DNA from: an uncultured Alphaproteobacteria bacterium
GTDB lineage: Bacteria; Pseudomonadota; Alphaproteobacteria; HIMB59; GCA-002718135
Direction: 5' to 3'
Length of the DNA: 64,000 bases
NCBI GenBank assembly: GCA_902602515.1
Contig: CACKRG010000004.1
Location: 2,405 to 66,404 of the forward strand
The position numbers and the translations under genes were made by a program. Of this stretch, positions 15,930 to 23,274 are shown piece after piece. Every line of letters starts with the position of its first letter. Within the stretch, counting starts at the first letter, position 1. The notes under the pieces were generated by a model that saw only the letters and a program-made list of their open reading frames with translations, searched no databases and was not told the DNA's origin.

Positions 15930-17521
15930 TGTCTCAACACACTGATTATATAATAATTGGTGCTGGTTCAGCTGGTTGTGTATTAGCAAATAGACTATCA
16001 TCCTATTCAAAAAATAATGTAACTTTATTTGAAGCTGGCCCCTCTAATAATACATGGAAGGTTGATATGCCAAGTGCATTACTTTATGTAATGCATGACC
16101 CAAAATACAATTGGAAATATTATACTGAGCCTGAACCTTATTTAAATAACAGATCTTTATATTGCCCTAGAGGTAAAATGTTAGGTGGTTGCTCCTCCCA
16201 TAATGGAATGGTTTTTGCAAGGGGGCACAAGGAGGATTTTGATAGATGGGAGTCTTATGGTTTAGATCAATGGTGCTATAGTAAAGTTTTACCATATTAT
16301 AAAAAACTAGAAACATGGTCTGGGAAAAATAGTCTAAGAGGCAACAATGGTCCGTTAAAAGTAAATAAATCGCAAATAGATAAAAAGTTTCCGTTATTTA
16401 ATGCAGTTTTAAAAGCTGCAAAAGAAGCTGGCTATAATATCTTTGATGATTCAAATAGTCTTAATAATGAAGGATTTGGTACATTTGATGTAACAATTGA
16501 TAAAGGTGTTCGGCAAAGTATACCAAAAGCTTATTTAGATCCTATAAAGAATAGAAAAAATCTCCAAATAATAAAAAAAACATATGTAAAAAAAATAATT
16601 TTTAAAGACAAGGTTGCAATAGGAATAGAATATGTAAAAAATAATAAAACACATTATTTTTATGCAAATAAAGAAGTAATACTTAGTGCAGGTTCAATCA
16701 ATTCGCCAAAAATACTTCAACTCTCAGGAATAGGTAATGCTGCACATCTTAAGGATTTTGGAATTCCCATAATTAATGATTTGAAAGGAGTTGGAGAAAA
16801 TCTTCAAGATCACTTAGAAATTTATATTCAATACAAATCAAAGAAAAAAGAAACATTATATGATTTATCAACTAATTTTATTTCTCAGGCTATTGAAGGA
16901 AGTAAATGGTTTACTTTCAACAAAGGTAAATTAGCTCATTCACATTTAGAGATAGGAGGTTTTGTAAAATCAAATAAAAATTATTCACATCCAAATTTGC
17001 AATTTCATTTTTTTCCATCATTAGTAATCAATCATGGATTAATAAATCCTGAATTTGATGCTTTTCAATTTCACGCATGTCCTAACAGGCCAAAGAGTAG
17101 GGGATTTGTTAGAATAAAATCAAATGATTTTAATATATCACCTCAAATCCAATTTAATTACTTACAAAATCAAGAGGATTTAATTCAAATGAGAGAAAGC
17201 GTAAAAATAGCAAAAAATATTTGTGCCCAGAAATCACTCTTAGATTATGTAGATTACGAAGTAAGACCAGGAATTGATATAAAATCTAATGAAGAATTAG
17301 ATGAAGTTATTAGAAATACTTCTGAATCAGCATATCACCCCTCTTGTACTAATAAAATGGGAAATGATGATTATTCAGTTGTTGATCAAAAAACAAAAGT
17401 ACATGGTATTGAGAACTTAAGAGTTATAGATGCATCAATTATGCCTGATATTGTTAGCGCAAATTTAAATGCTAGTGTAGTGATGATCGCAGAAAGGGCA
17501 GCTGATATTTTACTAGATTAA
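15929..17521 (+). CDS. GMC-family FAD oxidoreductase (choline dehydrogenase BetA-like)
   Basis: 530 aa. DYIIIGAGSAGCVLANRLS N-terminal FAD motif, GGCSSHNGM, and C-terminal HPSCTNKMG...VHGIENLRVIDASIMP. GTG start overlaps the SDR stop (TAGTG). Confidence 0.9.
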   Translation: MSQHTDYIIIGAGSAGCVLANRLSSYSKNNVTLFEAGPSNNTWKVDMPSALLYVMHDPKYNWKYYTEPEPYLNNRSLYCPRGKMLGGCSSHNGMVFARGHKEDFDRWESYGLDQWCYSKVLPYYKKLETWSGKNSLRGNNGPLKVNKSQIDKKFPLFNAVLKAAKEAGYNIFDDSNSLNNEGFGTFDVTIDKGVRQSIPKAYLDPIKNRKNLQIIKKTYVKKIIFKDKVAIGIEYVKNNKTHYFYANKEVILSAGSINSPKILQLSGIGNAAHLKDFGIPIINDLKGVGENLQDHLEIYIQYKSKKKETLYDLSTNFISQAIEGSKWFTFNKGKLAHSHLEIGGFVKSNKNYSHPNLQFHFFPSLVINHGLINPEFDAFQFHACPNRPKSRGFVRIKSNDFNISPQIQFNYLQNQEDLIQMRESVKIAKNICAQKSLLDYVDYEVRPGIDIKSNEELDEVIRNTSESAYHPSCTNKMGNDDYSVVDQKTKVHGIENLRVIDASIMPDIVSANLNASVVMIAERAADILLD

Positions 17522-17528
17522 TATAAAG

Positions 17529-17552
17529 ACTTAGGCCGTTTCTAGCCTAAGT
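17529..17552. terminator. Hairpin usable as a bidirectional terminator (GMC gene on +, 59-aa ORF on -)
   Basis: aCTTAGGC-cgtttcta-GCCTAAGt is an 8-bp stem. It is followed on + by TATATTTCTGTTATTT and starts 8 nt after the GMC stop codon. Confidence 0.45.
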
Positions 17553-17630
17553 ATATTTCTGTTATTTGCTCTTAAAGGAAGGAAATGCATTTATTTAAGG
17601 AGGAAATAAACCTTAAGAAATGCCTAAGAA

Positions 17631-17810
17631 TTAGATAGATTTTCTTCTGAGTGTCCAACCGTATCTTTCACTATAATAAGCTTCAATTCCTTCAGCTAAG
17701 TTAAGATCGTAGTTGGAGTCTATGGATCCCTCAAGGACCTTTTTCTCAATAGAACTCTGCTCTAAACCTTCTTTTTGGTTTTTTATGTTTTCTGTTAATT
17801 TACTATTCAT
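17631..17810 (-). CDS. Small hypothetical protein, 59 aa (not listed in the supplied track)
   Basis: Hand translation: MNSKLTENIKNQKEGLEQSSIEKKVLEGSIDSNYDLNLAEGIEAYYSERYGWTLRRKSI*. ATG at 17810 and TAA at 17631-17633. Divergent from the XRE regulator. Composition is less AT-skewed than the flanking spacer. Confidence 0.3.
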   Translation of the reverse strand: MNSKLTENIKNQKEGLEQSSIEKKVLEGSIDSNYDLNLAEGIEAYYSERYGWTLRRKSI

Positions 17811-17919
17811 AATTTACAATATTTACATTTATATAAAAATTATTAAAAAAACTAGTAAATAACTCATTTTTAGTGTAAATATAATTACTTAATAAAATTT
17901 TAATTTGTAAATTTTGTAA

Positions 17920-19359
17920 ATGAACATTGAAGCTGATATAAACTTAGGTCCAAGGCTAAAAAAACAAAGGATTAATAAAGGTTTTTCCCAAGCTAAATTA
18001 TCCAAATCGATTGGAATTTCTCCAAGTTACTTAAATTTAATAGAAAGTGGAAAACGTAAAATACCTCTTTCGTTGTTAATAAAAGCTTCCGAAGAATTAG
18101 ATTTATCAATAAAAGACTTCTCTACAGAATCGAACAAACGTCTACTTTCAGATGTAATGGATGTTTTGAGTAATGAAATTTTTGATGATCTTAAAATAAC
18201 CAACCATGATACTAGTAATTTTATTGGATCCAATCCGAACATTGCAAAAGCATTACTAACTATAAATGATTCATTTAAAAGTTTTAAAGAGGATATGCAG
18301 AATCGTCTTGAAACAATGGATGTTAATTCTGGTGCAATAGAAAAACCAACGAGACTACCGGTTGAAATAGTTTCAGATATTTTACAAGAGAATAAAAATT
18401 ATTTTCATGATCTGGAAATAAGTTCAGAAAAATTAAGAAAAGAAATAGGGCTTAAAATAGGTCCAAATATTGGATCTGGTTCAAAATTAACCCAGTATCT
18501 TCAATCAAAGCACGGTATCAAAGTCAAAATAGTAACAATTGATCAAGATGAAAAAATAGTCAAACGCTATGATGAAAAAAGTAAAACTTATTATTTGTCT
18601 GAAATGCTAACATACACTTCAAGAAACTTTCATTTAGCGTCTCAAGTTGCTTATTTAGAAGCTACTGAAGTAATAGACAAGGTAATCAAAGATAATAATG
18701 TTGAGTCGGAGGAGGTCGTTCCTTTGCTAAAACTTTCATTATTAAATTACTATGCAGCAGCATTTATGATGCCTTACGATGATTTTTTAAAAAGTGCAAA
18801 ACTTCATAGATATGATGTAGAAATTTTAATGCACCATTATGCTTGTAGCTTTGAGCAAGTTACACATAGGCTAACAAATCTACAGAGACCAGGTCATGCT
18901 GGTGTTCCATTTCATTTTTTAAAAACAGATATTGCAGGTAATGTTTCAAAAAGATTTTCTCTTTCAGGAATTCATATTCCTAGACACGGAGGATCATGTC
19001 CAAGATGGAATGTTTATACTGCTTTCTTAAATCCAGGAAAAATTCACCCACAAATTTCAAAAATGCCTGATGGAAAAGTATATTTTTGTATAGCAAGAGC
19101 ATTTGAAAAGGGAATTGAAAAACATGGCATGCCAAAAAGTTTTGTTTCTATTGGCCTTGGTTGTGACATGAAATATGCAAAAGATTTGGTTTATTCTGAA
19201 GGAATTGACCTCACAAATAAGAAGTTACAAATGCCAATTGGTGTTTCTTGTAGAATATGTCCAAGGGTCGAATGTCAACAAAGAGCATTTCCACCAATCG
19301 ATAAAGAGTTGAAGCTTGATATTAAATATAGAGGAACATCTCCATATGTAACAATTTAG
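17920..19359 (+). CDS. XRE-family HTH regulator with ImmA/IrrE-like peptidase-fold and Cys-rich DUF2083-type C-terminal domain (ScfR/RamB/PrpR-type)
   Basis: 479 aa. N-terminal LGPRLKKQRINKGFSQAKLSKSIGISPSYLNLIESGKR HTH. The central region carries AAAFMMPYDDF. The C-terminus has GGSCPRWNV and CRICPRVECQQRAFPP cysteine motifs. Confidence 0.7.
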   Translation: MNIEADINLGPRLKKQRINKGFSQAKLSKSIGISPSYLNLIESGKRKIPLSLLIKASEELDLSIKDFSTESNKRLLSDVMDVLSNEIFDDLKITNHDTSNFIGSNPNIAKALLTINDSFKSFKEDMQNRLETMDVNSGAIEKPTRLPVEIVSDILQENKNYFHDLEISSEKLRKEIGLKIGPNIGSGSKLTQYLQSKHGIKVKIVTIDQDEKIVKRYDEKSKTYYLSEMLTYTSRNFHLASQVAYLEATEVIDKVIKDNNVESEEVVPLLKLSLLNYYAAAFMMPYDDFLKSAKLHRYDVEILMHHYACSFEQVTHRLTNLQRPGHAGVPFHFLKTDIAGNVSKRFSLSGIHIPRHGGSCPRWNVYTAFLNPGKIHPQISKMPDGKVYFCIARAFEKGIEKHGMPKSFVSIGLGCDMKYAKDLVYSEGIDLTNKKLQMPIGVSCRICPRVECQQRAFPPIDKELKLDIKYRGTSPYVTI

Positions 19360-20363
19360 ATCTTAACTAACATCTTCCCTATATTTTTTCCATTAAGTAA
19401 ATCAATGAATGCTTTAGGAGCATTTTCTAAACCCTCGTAAACTGTCTCTTTAAATTTTATTTTATTATTTTTTAACCAATCTTTCATATCGGTTTCAAAT
19501 GGTTCATTATCATTTTCATGATCAAATATTAAAAATCCTTTTATGGTTAATCTTTTCACAAGCACATGAGCCATGTTTTTTAAACCACTTTGGGGTGTTG
19601 TTACATTCATCTGAGATATTCTTCCGCAAATTACAATTCTTCCAAAGTTTTTCATTCTGAATATTGCAGACTCCAAAAAATCACCACCAACGTTATCAAA
19701 ATATAGATCAAAACCTTCTGGACATATCTCTTTAAAATATAGGACAAGATTTTCAACTTTATTATAATTAAATGCGTGATCTACGTTGAGTTCATTTTTT
19801 AACCATTTAACTTTTTCGTCAGAGCCAGTACTTGCATAAACAGTACAACCTAAATTTTTAGCAATTTGACATACTGTCGATCCAACACTACCACCAGCTG
19901 ATGAAACAAGCACTGATTGTCCAGATTTTAATTTCCCATAATTAAATAGACCTATATAAGCTGTTTGCCCTGTCATTCCTAGTGGACCTAAGTAAGATTG
20001 AATAGGCAAATCTGAAGTATGAATTTTTTTTAATTGACTACTATTACAAACAAAATTATCTCTCATTCCAAAATTACTAAAAACTGAATCACCTATTTTA
20101 AAATTATCATCATCTGACTCTTGAACTGAACCAATTGCATAACCTTCCATTTCTTCACCTAATTTAAATGGTGGTTTGTAATTTTTTCTCTCTGTCATTC
20201 TCGCTCTCATATAAGGATCAACAGAAATCCAAGAATTTAAGACGTGAATATTATTTTCGTTATTTAATTTAATTTCTTTTGTTTTTATTTCAAAATCATC
20301 TTCTGATGGCAATCCTTGGGGAATATAATTTTTTAAAGCAACATATTTACAAGTTTTTGTCAT
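19356..20363 (-). CDS. NADP-dependent MDR-family oxidoreductase (alkenal/enone reductase, YncB/CurA/PTGR1-like)
   Basis: 335 aa. VDPYMRARM, GMTGQTAY, VSSAGGSVGSTVCQIAK nucleotide-binding motif. Its start is 2 nt from the upstream dehydrogenase stop. Confidence 0.8.
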   Translation of the reverse strand: MTKTCKYVALKNYIPQGLPSEDDFEIKTKEIKLNNENNIHVLNSWISVDPYMRARMTERKNYKPPFKLGEEMEGYAIGSVQESDDDNFKIGDSVFSNFGMRDNFVCNSSQLKKIHTSDLPIQSYLGPLGMTGQTAYIGLFNYGKLKSGQSVLVSSAGGSVGSTVCQIAKNLGCTVYASTGSDEKVKWLKNELNVDHAFNYNKVENLVLYFKEICPEGFDLYFDNVGGDFLESAIFRMKNFGRIVICGRISQMNVTTPQSGLKNMAHVLVKRLTIKGFLIFDHENDNEPFETDMKDWLKNNKIKFKETVYEGLENAPKAFIDLLNGKNIGKMLVKI

Positions 20364-20365
20364 AT

Positions 20366-21295
20366 TTATAACTTATATTTTTTCTTTAATTCAATCAAAT
20401 CAATTAAAAAGTTATCTCTTATATTACTTAGTTTATTAATGGATAATTTTTTAGATTGCATAGCAGTGCCATTAATTATTTTTTGTTTTAATTCATTACT
20501 TAATTTAGGTGATTTTAATTTTGTCCAAGGAAGCTTTAAAGCTGGCCCAAACTGATCTAACATATGTTTCATACCTAATTCACCACCAGCTAAATGAAAT
20601 GTAAGAAATGTACCCATCAAGGCCCAACGCATACCAGGTCCGCAAGTGATCGCATCATCTAAATCCTCTGTTGTGCCATAGCCATCATTTATTATATGCA
20701 ATCCCTCTCTCCATAATGCTTCTTGCAATCTATCAGATAGAAATCCCGGTAGTTCTTTTTCCACCAAAAGAGTTTTCATTTTAATATCTTTATAAAATGT
20801 ATTTGCTCTATTAAAATAAATATTACTTGTTTTATTGCCTTTAACTATTTCAACTAGAGGCAAAATATAAACAGGATTAAAGGGGTGAGCAATAATAAAC
20901 CTTTGCGGATTAATACATTCTGATTGCAATTTTGAAGGTAACAACCCAGAAGAACTTGAAGCTATAATTGATTGTTTTGGTGCAAATTTACTAATATTTT
21001 TAATAACTAGTTTTTTTAATTGTAATCTTTCAGGAATATTTTCTTGAATTAGATCAGAATCCTTAACTGCCTCATCTAAATTATTTGTAATATTAAGATT
21101 TTTTAAGTTAATTTTTCTTTTATATAATTTTTGAATAACTGGTTTAGTTCTAACTATTTCTTTTTTAAGATATTCTATTTGTATTTTATTTTTATCAAAA
21201 GCTGTAACTTTTTTATTACATGCTAAAAAACGCAATATCCATCCAGTGCCGATAACGCCAGTTCCTATTACAGAAATATTTTTGATATTTTTCAA
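20366..21295 (-). CDS. lcdH: L-carnitine dehydrogenase-like 3-hydroxyacyl-CoA-dehydrogenase-family enzyme
   Basis: 309 aa. VIGTGVIGTGW, SSSGLLPS, HPFNPVYILPLVEIV, LPGFLSDRLQEALWREGLHIINDG and MGTFLTFHLAGGELGMKHMLDQFGPALKLPWT match remembered LcdH/CdhC blocks. Adjacent to BKACE. Confidence 0.7.
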   Translation of the reverse strand: MKNIKNISVIGTGVIGTGWILRFLACNKKVTAFDKNKIQIEYLKKEIVRTKPVIQKLYKRKINLKNLNITNNLDEAVKDSDLIQENIPERLQLKKLVIKNISKFAPKQSIIASSSSGLLPSKLQSECINPQRFIIAHPFNPVYILPLVEIVKGNKTSNIYFNRANTFYKDIKMKTLLVEKELPGFLSDRLQEALWREGLHIINDGYGTTEDLDDAITCGPGMRWALMGTFLTFHLAGGELGMKHMLDQFGPALKLPWTKLKSPKLSNELKQKIINGTAMQSKKLSINKLSNIRDNFLIDLIELKKKYKL

Positions 21296-21296
21296 A

Positions 21297-22187
21297 CTAA
21301 AAATGTTTTTTTAATTTTAATTTTTCTCTAACTTGTTCTGGATTAAGTATAGATGATCCTAAGTCTTCAACAATGCATCTAGCTTTTTCAACAAGTTGAG
21401 CATTAGAAGCAAAAACACCTTTTTTAAGATAAAGATTGTCCTCAAGTCCTACTCTTACATTTCCGCCTAAAATCACTGCCTGTGCTGCCATTGGCATTTG
21501 TGTTCTTCCAATACCAAATCCAGCCCAAAAGCCTTCTTTAGGAACCATGTCAGCCATTGCTTTCATTGCGGTTGTTGTAGCAGGTGAGCCCCAGGGGATT
21601 CCAAGACATATTTGATACAAAGGAGGCCCATCAATTAAACCTTCTTTATAAAGTTGATTTGCAAACCATAAGTGACCCATTTCAAAAGCTTCCATTTCTG
21701 GTTTAACCCCAAGCTCTTGCATTTTTTTTGCTGCAGATCGAAGTTGCATTGGAGTATGAACGAAAGTCATATTTGAATCACCAAAGTTGAGTGTTCCACA
21801 ATCTAAAGTACACATTTCAGGGAGCAATTCTTCTACATGCTCCAACCTACTTAAAGCGTCAATCATATCTGTATTTGGACCGACAGGATTAAGAGGATCT
21901 TTTTCTGTTCCTACTTCAAAATCTCCACCCATTCCTGTAGTAAAGTTTAGAACTACATCTGTATCTGAAGATCTAATGCGATCAGCAACTTCTTTATAAT
22001 ATTCTAATTTTCTTGATGGTTTACCATCTGGCTCTCTGACATGAATGTGCGCTATTGCAGCTCCCGCTTTTGCTGCTTCAATAGAAGCATCTGCTATTTG
22101 TTTTGGCGTTATAGGTAATTCTGGGTGTTTATTTGCTGTGTCACCAGAACCAGTAACAGCACAAGAAATTATTACTTCATTATTCAT
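21297..22187 (-). CDS. BKACE-family (DUF849) beta-keto acid cleavage enzyme, dehydrocarnitine cleavage candidate
   Basis: 296 aa. [29 protein letters not shown] and [12 protein letters not shown] are hallmark BKACE blocks. Confidence 0.8.
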   Translation of the reverse strand: MNNEVIISCAVTGSGDTANKHPELPITPKQIADASIEAAKAGAAIAHIHVREPDGKPSRKLEYYKEVADRIRSSDTDVVLNFTTGMGGDFEVGTEKDPLNPVGPNTDMIDALSRLEHVEELLPEMCTLDCGTLNFGDSNMTFVHTPMQLRSAAKKMQELGVKPEMEAFEMGHLWFANQLYKEGLIDGPPLYQICLGIPWGSPATTTAMKAMADMVPKEGFWAGFGIGRTQMPMAAQAVILGGNVRVGLEDNLYLKKGVFASNAQLVEKARCIVEDLGSSILNPEQVREKLKLKKHF

Positions 22188-22229
22188 TTTTTTAATCTAC
22201 TAGTATATTTATAATTATAAAAGAAAATT

Positions 22230-22697
22230 ATGAAAATATACTTAAATTCTGGAAAAGTTAAAAAAGAATGGACTGATTATAATGGTCACATGAATCTAGC
22301 TTTTTATATTCATTTATTTGATGCAGGTTGGGAAGTGTTACTTCAAAAGTTTAATATGGGAGAAGATTCAGCAAAAATAGAAAAGAAAACTACCTTTGCA
22401 GTTGAGTCTCACACAACTTATGACAAAGAAGTTAAAGAAGAAGATGAAGTAGATATAAACTTATTATTTTTAGATAGAGATAAAAAAAGATTAATCTATA
22501 AGTTGGAGATGACCCATAAAGAAGAAGGTTATAGAGCTGCAACAACAGAAGTATGCTCATTGTATGTAGATCTAAATATTAGGAAAGTAGTAGAAATAGA
22601 ACAAGAAAAGCAAAGTAGAATAGATAATTTTATTGAAAATAATAAAAGTAGTTTTGATCCAGGTAATTTATCCTTAATTCATAAATTAAAAAAATAA
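22230..22697 (+). CDS. Hotdog-fold thioesterase-like protein (betainyl-CoA thioesterase candidate)
   Basis: 155 aa. The N-terminal EWTDYNGHMNLAFYIHLFD is typical of 4HBT-type thioesterases. Divergent from the BKACE operon, as in cdh clusters. Confidence 0.55.
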   Translation: MKIYLNSGKVKKEWTDYNGHMNLAFYIHLFDAGWEVLLQKFNMGEDSAKIEKKTTFAVESHTTYDKEVKEEDEVDINLLFLDRDKKRLIYKLEMTHKEEGYRAATTEVCSLYVDLNIRKVVEIEQEKQSRIDNFIENNKSSFDPGNLSLIHKLKK

Positions 22698-23261
22698 TTA
22701 TAAATTTCTATAAGGAGTTCTATTAAAGATTCTTTGAACCATTGGAACAAATTCTTTTAATGGTATTGTATCGTAGTTTGGATCAAAAGATGCTTGATCC
22801 CATCTTTCACAAAAATTGATTGTATCTTGAAAGTGTTCATGTCCTTTAAATTTATCTCTAAGATTTCTATCTTTACCATAATGATGATTATAGTAATAAG
22901 CTTGAAACAAACCGTGTTGCTCGACTATCCATCTTGTTTTTTCAGAGACAAACGGTTTTAAAACTGCTGCAGCAAGTTCAGAATGATTAAGAGGTGCTAT
23001 CTCATCTCCAATATCATGCAATAAAGATGCAACTATCATTTCTTCAGAAGCTTCCTCTCGTAAAGCTCTAGATGCAGTTTGAAGTGAATGTTCTAATCTT
23101 GAAACTTGATAACCACCAAGAGATTTATCAAGGCCTTCTAAAACTCTTACTATCCTATCCGCAGTACCTTCTATGAATTTATCTTCAAAATTTGCCAGAA
23201 GTTCATAGTCTTCTTTATCGCCATGTTTCATTTCAGTGAATTTTACTTCATCTTTGGTCAT
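22698..23261 (-). CDS. HD-domain protein of the COG4341 / PhnZ-MIOX-like type
   Basis: 187 aa. Ligand-like series RLEHSLQ, LLHDIGD, LNHSE, VEQHGLF and CERWDQASFD (H, HD, H, H, D). Confidence 0.7.
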   Translation of the reverse strand: MTKDEVKFTEMKHGDKEDYELLANFEDKFIEGTADRIVRVLEGLDKSLGGYQVSRLEHSLQTASRALREEASEEMIVASLLHDIGDEIAPLNHSELAAAVLKPFVSEKTRWIVEQHGLFQAYYYNHHYGKDRNLRDKFKGHEHFQDTINFCERWDQASFDPNYDTIPLKEFVPMVQRIFNRTPYRNL

Positions 23262-23274
23262 GTTCTAATTATAC

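Noticed and set aside
17576-17638. Mini-ORFs with strong SD-like sequences on the plus strand after the GMC terminator. One is AGGAAGGA followed by ATG 17585, encoding a 17-aa peptide. The other is TAAGGAGG followed by ATG 17620, encoding MPKN-stop. There is also a second GCCTAAG (17622-17628) that could pair alternatively with CTTAGGC (17530-17536).
   Set aside because: They lie downstream of a terminator and point towards the 3' end of a convergent ORF, so there is nothing for a leader peptide to regulate. SD-like purine runs and 7-mers can arise by chance. I judged an attenuation model to be over-interpretation without conservation data.
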